A DNA stretch of 64,000 bases from Pelomyxa schiedti (taxonomy: Eukaryota > Protista > Evosea): the NCBI GenBank assembly GCA_020536535.1, contig JAHLWZ010000666.1, positions 1 through 64,000 of the forward strand, given 5' to 3'. Positions 1-13,300 of the stretch are shown here, in pieces (positions within the stretch are counted from its first letter, which is position 1; the number at the start of each line of letters is the position of its first letter). The translations under genes were made by a program, and so were the position numbers. The notes under the pieces are model-generated. The model did not search any database, had not been told where the DNA came from, and saw only the letters and a program-made list of their open reading frames with translations.

Positions 1-499
1 ATTGTGGATTACACCCATCAAGGAGAGGCACCGATTTTCCCATATGCATCTGTGCTAAGCAACTCGTAGGTGCAATCACGCTTTGGGCTCTGGGCTGAGA
101 GTCAGATCAATCAGGTTTGTTTGCAGTTAGACCACTGTAGAAAACCTCAAGGCAGTGACCAGACGCGATTTCCACCAATTTGTAGAATCAAAGGCACCGA
201 ATCGCCCACAGCACGCTCAACCAAGACATCACACCGGCACTACCCACAAACTCTTACCCCCTTCCTCTACACTATCCAATGTACTTGTGGTTATACGGGT
301 TGTTCAATCCTAAGAACAGCTAAAAACAACGACTTTTCCACAATTTTTTGCCTTTTTGTAAACCACTTATCATGGACAAACACACTGTATGTGCCTCTGA
401 AACACAAGAACCACAAAATTCGAAGACCACAACACAGAAAATCAGTTTTTTTACAGTGGTTGTGGAATTTGAATGAAAGAAACACCCTGACATTGATAC

Positions 500-1288
500 A
501 GGGACAAACGGCTCCGCTCATTACATTCTGCTCTTATGACATGTAATGAAATGGATGGCTAGGCGGAAATAAATAAAACAGTAAACACTGGAAGTGGGTG
601 AACCAAGATGGATGTAGATTGTGTAAGTAGAATTCAAAGCATATTTTGGGTGAAGCGAATAGCCGGAAAGGGCGTCTCTGGTTGTTGACTCGGAAACAGT
701 AACTTGAGAACATTTGATGCTCGTATTGGCAGAAATTCCCAAAGAATTTTGTGGTAATAGAATGATTGGTGGCCTTGGTGGTTTAGCCACAAGTTCCAGT
801 CAATACCAACTTTTGTATTTGCTTGGGGAGAGCGGATGTTTCCAAGTGATAGTGAAAGCGGAAATACCCGTTTCCCCCGTGTAGCTTCTGCCAGCACCTT
901 TGATGGGGAATCGGAGCATGCACGCATTCCTTCTCGCCTTTGAGGGGGCTGTACCCTGCGCTGACGTGAGTGACAGCATCCAATGGGACCACCAACCACA
1001 TAACACAAACAAACACTGGCATACCTGCAATGCATTGGCTGGTGTATCTATGCAATGACTGAGAGTGTGTGACTGTTGACCGGGCGTATGCCTTCGCGTC
1101 AAGCAGTGCCACTACCATACAGATGCTCTTGGAGGCAAAGGTGTTCATCTACCACAACCATCAGGTACTCCTTCACTGCCAAACACCCACTCATATTGCA
1201 ATCGTTTTTTCGGAGCAGCGACGGGGGAAAAAAAAACGGACGAAGGCATTGGCGCAACACCTCCTCGTGTCTTTCGCTCCCAACTTAG
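500..1288 (-). CDS. Unresolved coding exons, possibly the C-terminal extension of the kinase
   Basis: Several minus-strand ORF pieces separated by GT..AG segments; no recognisable domain. Confidence 0.3.
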
Positions 1289-2976
1289 TCACTTCTCGAT
1301 AACGAGTGGAAAAACCCCGGACGATGGAAGGTGTGGCGCAAGTGTGCAGACGTTGGCAGTTTCTGTGGTTAGTAGTTGCTTTTCGGAACCACACGATGTG
1401 GAAAGGAAGGTAAGGACTATAAAAGCGCTAGAATCTGCTATTGTAGAACTTCTGTGACACGGGGTTATTTTATAACAAAACAAATTTCTTTTTATAACAA
1501 CTTTTTGTACAAAATAATGCCTTAGTCGACACGGTCCATACTGCTTTCTTTTTCCTAAAGGTATTGGATTGGTACTCGGCATTGTGTGTGGGATACATAC
1601 AGTAATGTACTTGTAAAATGAATTCTGTTGGTCCAGAAAGGTTAGCTCTGTATACAAAGGTTCGCTCGAGGCAGACTGTGAGAACCAGCTGTGGGCCAAA
1701 CAATCACCTAGAACGAGATTCAGTAACCTTCCAAGACCTTGAGTAATGAAACCTGCAGTGGGACGATCGTCGGGTGACACAGTTAACATATATGAAACAA
1801 GGTCTTGTGCTGCAGGAGACACATGACCAAATAGACTGTCAGGAAAATAGAGCTTCCCTGATGTTATCCGCCGGAGTGTCTCTTCCAGAGTGTCTCTTTA
1901 GAGGTGCTTCAGATGAACCCAGGTGCAAAAAAGACATACGCATCAAAAGGCATATATCCACTAAGCATTACATACAATAATACTCCAGCTGACCTACAGC
2001 CAACTTAGAATTTCATTCAGAATTTAATTCAAGAGGGTGCACGTAAGGTACCATATGTCACACTTGTTGTCATATTCCCCTCCTTGGAACACCTGCTCAG
2101 AAGTTGATATAAATTCATTGGACTTCATTTACCTCAGGTGCAACATATGATGGCGTACCACATGGAGTGACCACAGAGGGTTCCATAACAGAATCAGTAG
2201 CTATGTGAAGTTACATAAATTCGAAGGCAATGGGTACAGTATACCAAGTCCAAAATCTGTTATTTTTATGTGCAACCCCTGTGAGTGTGTAAATTGAGTG
2301 TTTCTGGAAAAAAGGTTGTACCGTGTCATCCACACAGAGTAAGTTTTCTGGCTTTTAAAGAGTTATTTATAGGGTATGTTTAAAAAGACATGGTAATACT
2401 TTTAGGTCCTGAAATATATTAGCACAGAAGGAAAAAAAAACTCACTGAATTCTACCCGGTGAATGATTCCATTACTGTGCATATAGTCTACTGCCTCGAG
2501 AACTTGTCTAAGTACACATTGAGCCTCTTCCTCAGAGAAAGAGCCTGTGGCAGATATTCTGCGCCAGAGTTCCCCACCCGATACAAGCTCGATGACCATG
2601 TATACACATTGATCGGTTTCAAAACTTTTGTACAATTAGAGGAAACATAATACCGCCTACATACACGTCTCTTAAGTGCACAATGTTGGGGTGTGTCAGC
2701 TTTCTCAGAATAATCATTTCTCTGGTCAATTTAGGATTTTCATAGGAAATGTCAACTGTGACCTTCTTAGAAGTCTCATGGTCTCTGGTCTAAGTGAGTT
2801 CTTCTGCAATTTCTTGATAGCAACAAACTCTCCTGTAGCCTTATGGACTCCTTTGTGTACTACACTGAATGTACCCCTACCCAACATTGTGGGGAGAACC
2901 TGTGCTTCTATTTATTCATCTTAATTATAAATGAAATGGGTACTTCGTAGTGATCTTCCAGTCTTCCTTCTGACAT
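1289..2976 (-). CDS. CAMK-group Ser/Thr protein kinase (multi-exon; 3' end unresolved)
   Basis: Manual splicing gives ATG at 2976, LGRGTFSVVHKG, VAIKK, LTHPNIVHL, VIELVSGGEL, IIHR/LKPENLL, KITDFGLG, CGTPSYVAPE, YDNKCDIW and RPTAGDCLAHSWF, i.e. the canonical kinase subdomains. Confidence 0.9.
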
Positions 2977-3039
2977 ATAGGATGGTAAACTAGTGGGGGG
3001 TGTCCCAGGGTCTTGTGTCTTGATATCGAAATAGGTCAA

Positions 3040-3975
3040 TTAAAAAACAGTAAGAGTTTCACTGACAAAGAAATCCATCTTCTTTGGGGTCCACGTGTCT
3101 GCATTACGGGAAAGAACACAAAGAGTAGACACAGGAAAAACTCCCATGATATCTGTAATATCTGTAAAGAGATCACTCGCACCAGAAGTCCAGGTTGTAG
3201 TGAAAAAATGGAAGGCCTGGCACTGTTAGATATACATTAGGAACCTTCTACATACTTTCTTTGCTGCGTGCATTAAAAACTTATCTCTGTGTGCTACAAG
3301 CCACGACCTGCATGGAGCTGGCAGGTGATTTGCCTTGGGAAGTTAGATCTTTGCTAAAAGAAGAGAATTTACATAGACTGGGGCTCCAATGTAGATGGTG
3401 GTGTAGGTCTCAAGATGAGACCAACCGCCTGTAGAAGCTGTGTTTTCTGCCAGCGCGTCAATTACTGATTGTTCTTCCACACGCGAAGAAGACGTAGTTG
3501 TATGCGTATTTACAGTGCACTTATTGGCGTCAACTGGGTCACCAGATGGAGTGATTCTCTCTGCCACAGGAACATTGGTTACTTTGAACTTGGCCCTGTA
3601 GCACATCTTCAAAAACTGAAGTTTGCCGATACTTGACTCTCTTTCGAGAGCGCTGTCTTCGGCCCCGGGCATAACAACAGCGGGAAGTACATCGACACTG
3701 GTGGAAGGAGGAGGAACGAGGGTAGTACTACTACTGGTAGTTGTTGTCGTCGCACTAGTGGGGGATCTGCTCTTGGATGCCTTTTTCTTGCCGCTCTTTT
3801 CTTTCTTGGGTTTCTTTTCGGGTGTGCTCTCCAAGATCTCAAGTAGGTCCGCACAAATAAACGCGGCGATCTTCCTCCCTATCAAACGAGTAGTTCCTCC
3901 ATGCGAATATACAACAACGAGTTTATGTGATTTAATAGGTGGTTCGACTGAGGAAGCGGTATGGCTGCTCGTCAT
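3040..3975 (-). CDS. Flavodoxin-like protein with a long low-complexity insertion
   Basis: KLVVVYSHGGTTRLIGRKIA (FMN phosphate loop), YTTIYIGAPVY, ANHLPAPCRSWL, FHFFTTTWTSGAS; spliced to a TAA at 3040-3042. Confidence 0.75.
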
Positions 3976-4313
3976 CCTTGGGTTGGTGGGGTTATTTATT
4001 TATTTTTTATAATGAGTTTTCTTTACCAGATCCCGAGCCCCATGTTTAAAACATGCGTCGAAACGAAACCTAAGAAAAAATGCCTAATTGTTGCTTACTC
4101 GAAGAATCCAGATCCAGATTTGTGCGGTATTCATTACCAAAATGGCGGGCCGAGATAGACAGATGGAAGAAAATACAATTCGCCAAACAGTTTTTCTGGA
4201 GACTGCAGAACTTTTTTTTTTACACGACAGTGAAAAGATACGAACACGCAGTGACGAGAAGAGCGAAACGAGACCATCGTCTCACACCCAGGATACAGCG
4301 GAACCCAGCAAGA

Positions 4314-7300
4314 TCAAGGAAGGCCACCAGGGAGCGTGGTAGTGGAGGAAGTCAGCTCAGCGCTCCCGCTGTTGGAAGTGCGCCTGTGCCTGGTGCTGCG
4401 GCCGCCGCCGCCGGCTGAGCTCCCGCTGGCACTCCCGCTGCCGCTGCCGCTGCCCCCGCCGCTGCCGCCAGAGTTGGTGGAGCTGGTGCTGCCGCTGTTG
4501 CCGCCGCCGCCGGGGAGCGAGGGGAAGGAGGGCACCTTGGCGCTGGACGCGGTGGAGAGCGGCGGGGTGGGCGATGGGCTGACGGTGGCGCCGCCGCCGC
4601 CGGGGGTGCTGGGGGGTGTGGGGGACTGCGGGGAGGAGGAGGAGGGCGCGCCGATGCCGCTGGTGGAGGAGGAGAGCGAGGAGGCGGGGCCCAGGCCGGG
4701 GGTGGGCGAGGGCGAGGGTGACGTGGGGGTGGTGGTGGTGGGCTCGAAGGACACGCAGGTGGCCTCTTTGATGTAGTCGACTATCTTGTTCTCCAGTTGC
4801 GCGAATCCTTCTTCAAGGGATTTGTGGAATGCTATCTGATTGTCGCTGATATTGTTATTATTGAATTCCTGGTTTTGGGTGTTGAGACGAAAGATAGGCA
4901 ACAAAGAAAGGGTACCAGGGCATTTCGACAGACAGCCAAGAAATCCTGCATGTTTTAGGGACAAAACAACTTCCTATGGGGAAATACCTGTAGGACAGAA
5001 GCGAGTTTGGCTATGGATTTGCTAGCAAAAGTGTTGGAAGGTGGAAATGCTTTGAGAATTTCAATAATGCCACCGTTTACCTCTTATAATAGAGAACGTC
5101 ATAAATGCCAAGGAGACTGGTAGCTTACGTGGAAGTACACTTCCGGATAAAAGGCTTTGTAATGAACCAAGTCTTGGGGAGGGGTTGTGCCCTGCAAAGA
5201 CCATCTCCTTATTCTTCTGTAATTCCTCCGATATAACAGCTACTCGATGACGAAGATTTTCAATAATATTTTCGATTGGGGTTACAGTTATCTGCAATGA
5301 ATTACCATGACTTCCCAAGAACTAACTAGAATGTGAACCTCCTCCGTCGAGACAACTTTTTGCCTGGTGAGAACCCATGGGAAAGCATGTTCAGTCTGCA
5401 AAATTATTTTTTTCTTCCACTGTTTACCACATTCCCCTTCAGCTTGTGACTTTCCAAATTCTGTAAATGGAATTTCAAGCATAAACTTATCTGTAGTAAT
5501 CAGTTTGAAAAGCATTTGGTTCTGGATCTCTCACTTGTTATAATCCCCCTACAAAAGTGAGGCTGCTCCTTTAACTGCTGATCATCCCAGTACGGTTTTA
5601 AAGCGGTAACTTGGTAGGATGTTTTATTAAGGTTTGGTTCTGTAGTAGAATCAAGTTTCACTGCCTCAGGCCCAAGATTTTTCTTTGTTAAGAACAAGTT
5701 ACAACCAATGTAGTTGCAGTTGAAATAAAACCTGAAATCTTTGGGTGAGAGCATATAATTTTTCTGACGGTTTTTCTTTATAAATACAACTTTCTCCACT
5801 GTCTTTCACGGAATTACCGTACAGTGTGATACGCCAATAATTATCCAATATTCTTCCTTGACCCTGTGGGACTTAGAGAAGTTTACAGTTGATAACACTC
5901 ACCTTTGTTGCTAGTGTATCATACAACCCGAAAAGTGTTCTGTGTGTTTCAGACAGCTCACGGTGCATGCTTCTTACTTGGAAAAGTGGTATAAGGATTT
6001 CATGTAAAGTGCAACAGCTCTCGTACAACTCGGCCTGTATGAAATGTAAGGCCTTTCGCAGAAAAAGCAAGCCTTACTTGTTCAAACATTTTAATTGCTT
6101 CCTTGACAGAATCAGTGAACTTTTTTTCTGAAAAATCTGATCCCAGAACGCCATCATGAGACTCGCTCTCTGCCAGAGCCTTACTTGAACAAAGTACTTC
6201 TAAGGCGGTAATATCAACAGGAGGTAACTGGGGCTTAATGATTTTGTGTATTGTAAGTGCTATCTGACAGTGGCAGACAGCTGATTCCGCAAAGTTTCGC
6301 TCCTTAGAGTGAATTAAATCAAGAGAAGAATGGGTCTTGAGTAACTACCTTCGCGTGTTCAACAGCAAGCTTGCGGAGCCAACTGATATGCAACGGGGGG
6401 TTATTGAGATAACTCTGTGCGAGCTCATAGAAAAGCTTTTGCTTCTCAGCAGGCTCGGCATTTTCTTTTTCGAGTTGTGTGAGCTTGAAAAAGTTGAGTC
6501 ACACCGACGAGTTTAGATGCAAAATACTTGATTGTTATGATTTAGAATTTGTGTGAGATGACTGCGAAGCTCAGAAATGCTCTTAGAGAATTTGTCTCTT
6601 CTTGAAGAATCGAATTGGAGAAAACTATCCTTCAGTGAACCATGTAACATAGCAAAAATTCGTCTCTGAATTTGGGTAAAAAATGAGTGCTGTGGGAATG
6701 ACACACTTTATTGGGTTCTGCTTGTGGTTTCTGGGGTGAAAGTTCAAGCAACTTCCTGCGGACTTGCTGCAATTTACCCTCTACATCCTAAGTGAAAAGT
6801 GAATGAGAAGGGGGGAATAGAATTGAATGAGAATGACTTGAAGAGAAGCAGCACAGTATTTGGAATAAAAAGGGACTTGGTTGGCTATTAGCTTGTCCCG
6901 CATTTTTTGTACTTGCTGGAAGTCAGACAGAAGGTTCTGTAGAACAGTTGGGATTGTCTTTTGCGACGCCTGAGGAATGTTAATGAAACAGAATCGAAGT
7001 GGAACAAAATGCATACATATAATTGAGAGCTTTCCATATGTTCATTAAGAGAGGTGTTCAATTCATTTAAACAAGCGGCATATCCCTTACGCATTTCCTC
7101 ATATTCTTGCAAAAAATGTGAGATGATAAAGGAAAGATTGGAGAGTACTTTTTTGGTCGGAAGCCTGTACATCAAGAGCGCGTCTTCTGTCATTCAGAAG
7201 CTGGAGTACAGTGAGCCAAGATTTCTGGATGGTGTCCAATGGAACGGGTAATAGGGCAGGTCGACCAAGAGCAATCTTTTTCATGAATCACCATTCTGGT

Positions 7301-10300
7301 AGAAGGTAAATAAAACAACCCTAATTTGTTCAGAGCGTTTGAGAGTAAGATCTTTAACGTGAGCATTCTTTTCAAGTTTTTCAGAAATAGTTTTCAGCTC
7401 GTCCCTAAGAGCCTGGTTGTGGACTAAGGGGTTGGCAATCTCAAATTAAAGCTTCTACTTGGGTATCCTCTTCTGTGAAAGCATTAAACGGGGCTGTCAC
7501 TTGTTCGTCAGTGCTCTGGGTTAGGCAATAGAATTGCTTCCAGTCTTATGTGAAAACAAAGGAAAATGTAGATATGAGTACCATAGAGTCTATGCAAAAA
7601 TCAGCTTCTTGTTGTTCTAGTGCTATTCGAGCCTCCCGCTCAGATGCCTTGAACTATTAAATCTTTTTTGTATGTAGTGTTGATCCACACCAATAAAGAC
7701 TCTTTGTGATGCAACTCTTTTTGCATTCGGACAACTTCAATTGCCGATTGGAGTAAACCCTGCGTTGCCTGCCATCTTCGGCACTTTTTATTGTGTCAAA
7801 GCTGAAGTTACTTTTTTATTTGGGTACCGGTGCTGGTAAGTCAATTGTTGTATCACTGTGAAGCGACTGTACTTCTCGTTGTTGAATATCTCCTTCGCCA
7901 GAAAATTTATGCAGTAACGTGTACTGTACATTTGGATCCGTGGCTTTACAAAGAGCTGATTGCTGAGTTTTGACAAATTTTTCGAATTCAACGCAAGCTG
8001 CTTGGTATTCTTTCATCTTGGCCTCTTTCTCTTCAGAGTTCTCTTTTAGGAAGATAAACCCCCTCAGATTTTACACACCAATGTGAAGCTGAATCTCAGA
8101 ATTTAAGTACTGTTTTAACTGTAAAAAACTGCCAGATACATGAGAATAGACAGTATTAAGGTCCTGCACCTCTATTACGAGGATACGTCAAAAGTGTAAG
8201 ATACCTGTAGAGTGGCGAGAGATGTTCGTCCAATACTAAGCTGCTGTAATTTAGAGGCAGTGAGTTGCAAACCAGTGAGTTTTGGCACAAAAGTGGATGT
8301 AAGAGCGGATTCCTTTACTTCAACTTGTTTGAGGAAGCCCTGTTGCGAGGTGACAAATTGTTTGGAGGGGAAATTACCTTGATTTCGGAATGTTCTGTAG
8401 GGATCTGCCAGCAAGACATTTCCATAATAGTGTTGTACAATATCTTAAAGTGTTCTTTAGCTTCGGACATAAACTCGCTGTTCAGATTAACGATCTCCGT
8501 TTGCAGGGCTTTTTCTTTCTAATAGTAATGAACATCATCCAAGTGGAAACGTTTATTTGCCTGTAGTTCATCTGCCAGGTGTGGTCCGGTTTTCATTAAT
8601 GTATTCCATTGCACAGTGAATTTCTAGGTTTTTTTTTAGTTGATGGGAGCAGGAAGAAAATGCCGAATAAAAGAAAGGGGCACTAACTGAAATTCTGCTT
8701 GTAAATTTGTCCGTGTCTGACGGGAGCTTATTTGCCAGTTCCAGCAATTCATCTAGCCTACCCTTGCCTACTTCCACACCAGCAATGAGCATTTGAGTCA
8801 ATTGAAGACGAGCCTGAAACGGATAAGTAACGTACTTGAAGTCGTGTTTCTAACCTGTAAACACTCCTTCGTGTTACTAATGAAATCAATAAGTGATAAT
8901 TGCAAATTTTCCCACTTGTCAAAATACTGTGGCCGAAAAGTTAGGCAGCACAGAGATAGAAAGTTCACATACTGCACACTTGTGCTCAAAGGAGTTCAAG
9001 GTATATTTCTTTTGTATGTCCCTGTTACTTGTGAGAGGAATTTTCAAGGTGAGAATAATACTGGGCAATGTTATCCGTTTCAGGTTCTCTCCGTGCTACC
9101 ATTGCCGAGACAGTTAAATTGAGGCGTGGTTGGGTTTGGGTCTTATTTCAGTTTGTAAGTCTTTCAAGTTATGTCGTTCAGTACCCTTTTAGCCCCCGAC
9201 AATTCAGAGTCGTACTCAGCATATTGGCACAAAGCAGAAAGCACACGCTCAAAGTTGTAAGTTTTCTGTATTCAAGGTGAATGGTAGAAATTTGTTGTTG
9301 ACAAGATACTCTTTCTTTTCCATATTGGATTGCAGTGGTAATGTGAAGCGTCACTCGTGATATGTTACCAAATTCTTTGAAATTGTGCTGATTTAAGTGT
9401 TTATACTAACGATTGAACTCAGAAAACAGAAACCTTGGCAAGAAGATAAATTAGAAGTGTTGCTTGGGCCCTCATGACACTGTTGTCCATATGACAAAAC
9501 TTTACTAATTCAGTACACAGCTGATCCAAATACAATTTCTCTTTATCAAATATTATTTTCCTGTTCTTATTTAGATGCGTTGGTACACAGTACTAAACAA
9601 ACCTAAAACGAGAAACAAATGAGCGCAGGAAGGCAAAGAAATGTTTGTAAAATCTTTGGGACTGGTTGGACTGCATGAAAGCGAAAATAATTTCAAAAAC
9701 CTGGTTGCATTCATTTGATTAACTAAATTTGATTGTCTGTGTAAGAGGAAGTACTCTTTCAAGCATCAATCCCTTTTCTTGAAGTTCAGTACAAAAGTGG
9801 TTGACAAACAAATCAAGAACGTCTAAGCAGACCAGGCTTACTTCAGTGCATAGTAACTTGAGGTTGAACTCCTGTCTGTGTGTAAGCTAATGTCTGTGTC
9901 AGGTGTAACACACAGCACTAGGCCGTTCAGAACTAGCACACTTCACATTTTTTGATGTATCTTTCAAGTCTTCCAGCAAATTTCTTGACACATCAAGAGG
10001 GGAAGTCACATTCCTTGAGCGTTCTGGCTTTTCAGTCTTATCGGACTTCATCTTCAGCGGTTGGAACTGTTTGGTTGTTATCCAACAATTACGCCAGACC
10101 TCACTAGAAGTTTGGAGATACCGTATTAACAACTGATGCAGGAAATGCTGTTACTTTGAACCGTTTTGTGCCAGTGGTCGCTGCTCTGTGTGAATGACAT
10201 GCAATCAATGTGAGTCGTTTTACCTGTACTATGACTAGATTCTTCTCTTTGGATCTCAGCCAAAGAGGAATTGGTAAAGTCATTTAGTGCCGCCTCACGG

Positions 10301-13300
10301 CAAGCCTTATACAGCCTAGAAGAAGAAGCACATATAGTCTCCTGATACTTGAGAGAATGTTGGCATAAAGTAGAAGAGTTGAGAAGAAAAACCTGGAAAA
10401 ACCGAGTACACTGCAGAAGCATTGATAGGAAAATTTGAAGGGATATGACTACTTCCATTGACCACCATTTCTTCAAAGTTTCTGGACTAAAAGGGAATGA
10501 ATTGAAATTCGCTATGGACAATGTACTTGATGTATTTCAAAATCCATATGACACAAATAAAGAAGGCATGTTGCTCAAAGGGGGGAGCAGAAGAGGGAAC
10601 AGATTGAAGCCACGGATCCACTACTTTAATCCATTCTTGAGTAAGCTACCACATTATAAGATAATATGCATAGGGAAAGACTCCTACCATTCGAAGATAT
10701 GGAAAGAACATGAAGGCAATCTTCTCTTTATCAGCAGGGTTGGAGTTGAACTTCTTGTCGTGCTCGATTTTTGTGACCAGGTGGCTTAAGGAATACAAAG
10801 CCTAGAGGGAGATGAAACACTTTTACAGCATTCAGCAAACACTTACCATATAACGTAAGTTTGGTTGATAGGAAAGACTATGCAATGTTTCACATAGCAG
10901 CATTGAGACCAGTGGGTGCTGCTGCCTAAAGAAAATGGTTGAAAATTTTTGGCTGTGGAGAACAGTATAAACCGAAGTTGAGCTACAGTTAGTGCATCCA
11001 AATTTTCCAGATCTGTGGACAGTGGAAGACACAACGCAATAAAATGTTCATAATCCACCAGGAAATGCAGGAACTCGGGGGCAATGAATTGTCCAATTGC
11101 AGTGTCTGATATGGCTGTGAATCTCTACAATCGAGGGGGGGAAAAAACCTTTGGGGTTTATTTCAGTTTTGGGGGGGCTGTTTTCAGGGTTTGGAGTGGC
11201 AGGAAAAAGATTGTCTAAGAATGACTGTGCCTGGAAACATGTCATGATTTTATTTGGGGTAAAGAGGGGGTAACCATATCAATCACGCAACCACGATGGA
11301 AAACGCTGAGTAAATCTCGCAGGAATAATGCCAGATTGGATGGAATGGCAGCAATTCCAGCAATCTCATTCCTTTCCCAATATTAGTACTGGGGATGTCC
11401 TAAGAACAAAGAACCTTATTATACTGTTTCGAATATGTTTGCCTAAGGAAGGGGCAAGGTCTTTGGAGAGAAGGGTAGCAAACTTTTGGTAGTGTTCCCC
11501 AGTGAGCCAAGTTAGCCGAGTGCGAACTTGAAAAATTAGAGAACATTATAAGTATGCATGAGCAACCATTCAAGTGACCAGCTTCTTTCAGATGTATGGT
11601 CAAAGACTTGGAAATAATATCGAAAACAAACCAACTGTTTGTGTACAGCAACTCGGAAGGCACACTTTTCTTTGGAATTTTATTTGGGAATCAATGGAAG
11701 AAAAGTACTACTTCAGGGGGTGCTTTCAATAAAGATGTATAAGCTTTGGCTAATCCTTGAAACACTTCTTTGTCTGTACCTCTACATTATTCAAGTGAAT
11801 GCAAGGAGGGGAGGTGATACCGTCTCCTCGCAGGTTGTCGAAGTGCTTTTTTACATATTCCAAGAGCTTTGGAACTCTTGGATTTGTGGAGTGGTCTTTA
11901 GAATATCCCAGTTGATCATGTTTAAATCTAGAGTTGGTTTTGACAGATGCACACTACATTTCTACATACTCGGCTAAAAAGAGGAAGAGAAATTTAATTG
12001 CTGCTAATGCAACATCTTCTTCTGAGGTGCACCTGATGTTACCTTACTCAATGAAGGGCAAAGGCTTGGAGAGATACATAATGTGAAAGAGCTGCTTAAA
12101 AATAACCGCAAAGAACTGTTTGCAGAAATCAATAAATGTGGGAAGCTTCTCTGTGAGCTTTGACAAATTAGTGAACAAAAACATTAATGAAAAAGGGATA
12201 CAGAATGTAGAGCGGTCAGTGTTGGGGGTTCATACAAAAGTAGCCTCAAAGATTGATTTTGGGCATATAAAGAGGACACCATTTTTATTCTAACATTAAA
12301 GAGTTGCTTCTCCTTGGTACTGGCATCAGTCATCTGTGCACTGGCCTCCTAAAAGAGGGTCAATCGGCCAAAAAATAAAGGAAAAAGGAATGTAAACGTG
12401 CCCGCCACAATTTTAAGTAACCACTTGGAGGTCTTCCACCAACAACTTTGAGAGCGTGATCCTCGATTGGTGTAAGGGTACTTTGATCATTAGACTAATT
12501 GTAAAGCGAACTTGTAAACCTTAGCTCGTCAACTAATTGTAGAACAGAATAACACTCAGTATGCACGAGACGTGAGTCAGTCTGTCAAAAGTTGACACTT
12601 GAACTCAAAGAAAAAGGAAATTTTCTACCTCAGCATTAACAGGGATCATTTTAAAAACAAATAGCACATGCAACTTCTTTGTTAAGGGGAAGGGTAGCCG
12701 AGCTTTCATTTCATCCTATTTTTAGTTTTGGAAAAAAAAAGAAAAAGGAAAATCAAAAAAGGTAAAAAGGGGTACAATGTATGTTGGTGCCCGACTGTGG
12801 AATACTACTGAGGCAGATTGATACTTATGAAAAAGTTTACAGTTACTTCGACCATAAAAGGCTTCAAAGGTATCTTCCTAAAGTTTGGTGACAAGTTGTA
12901 GACTGGGCTCATTTTAAACATACACCATCAAGATTTTCTGTGTCGTGGTTTCGCAAGTAAGCAGTTATACAAACATTGATGTGCTTTTTTTCTTTTCCAA
13001 GAATGAGCTAAACGAGGAGATGTTAACTCCAGAAAAATAAAGACTTGTGAGTAACACACATTTTCTGGGTAGAGGTAGATGTTGTGAACGGGGCTTACAA
13101 AATCACTGCTAGAAAAGCATTGAATTTGTCTAATTGGTTTCAATGGAGATGTTGCCCCTCTCAAGCTCATAGTCATAGAGGGACCCCCAGATATCTAGGA
13201 TAGGCATTAAACAGTGTTTCTACAGGGAGGTAACAAACTCTAGAGTCCCGTAGTATCTTGGAGTAATCAAGAATCCTAAAGCTTGGATCATAGACAGGGT

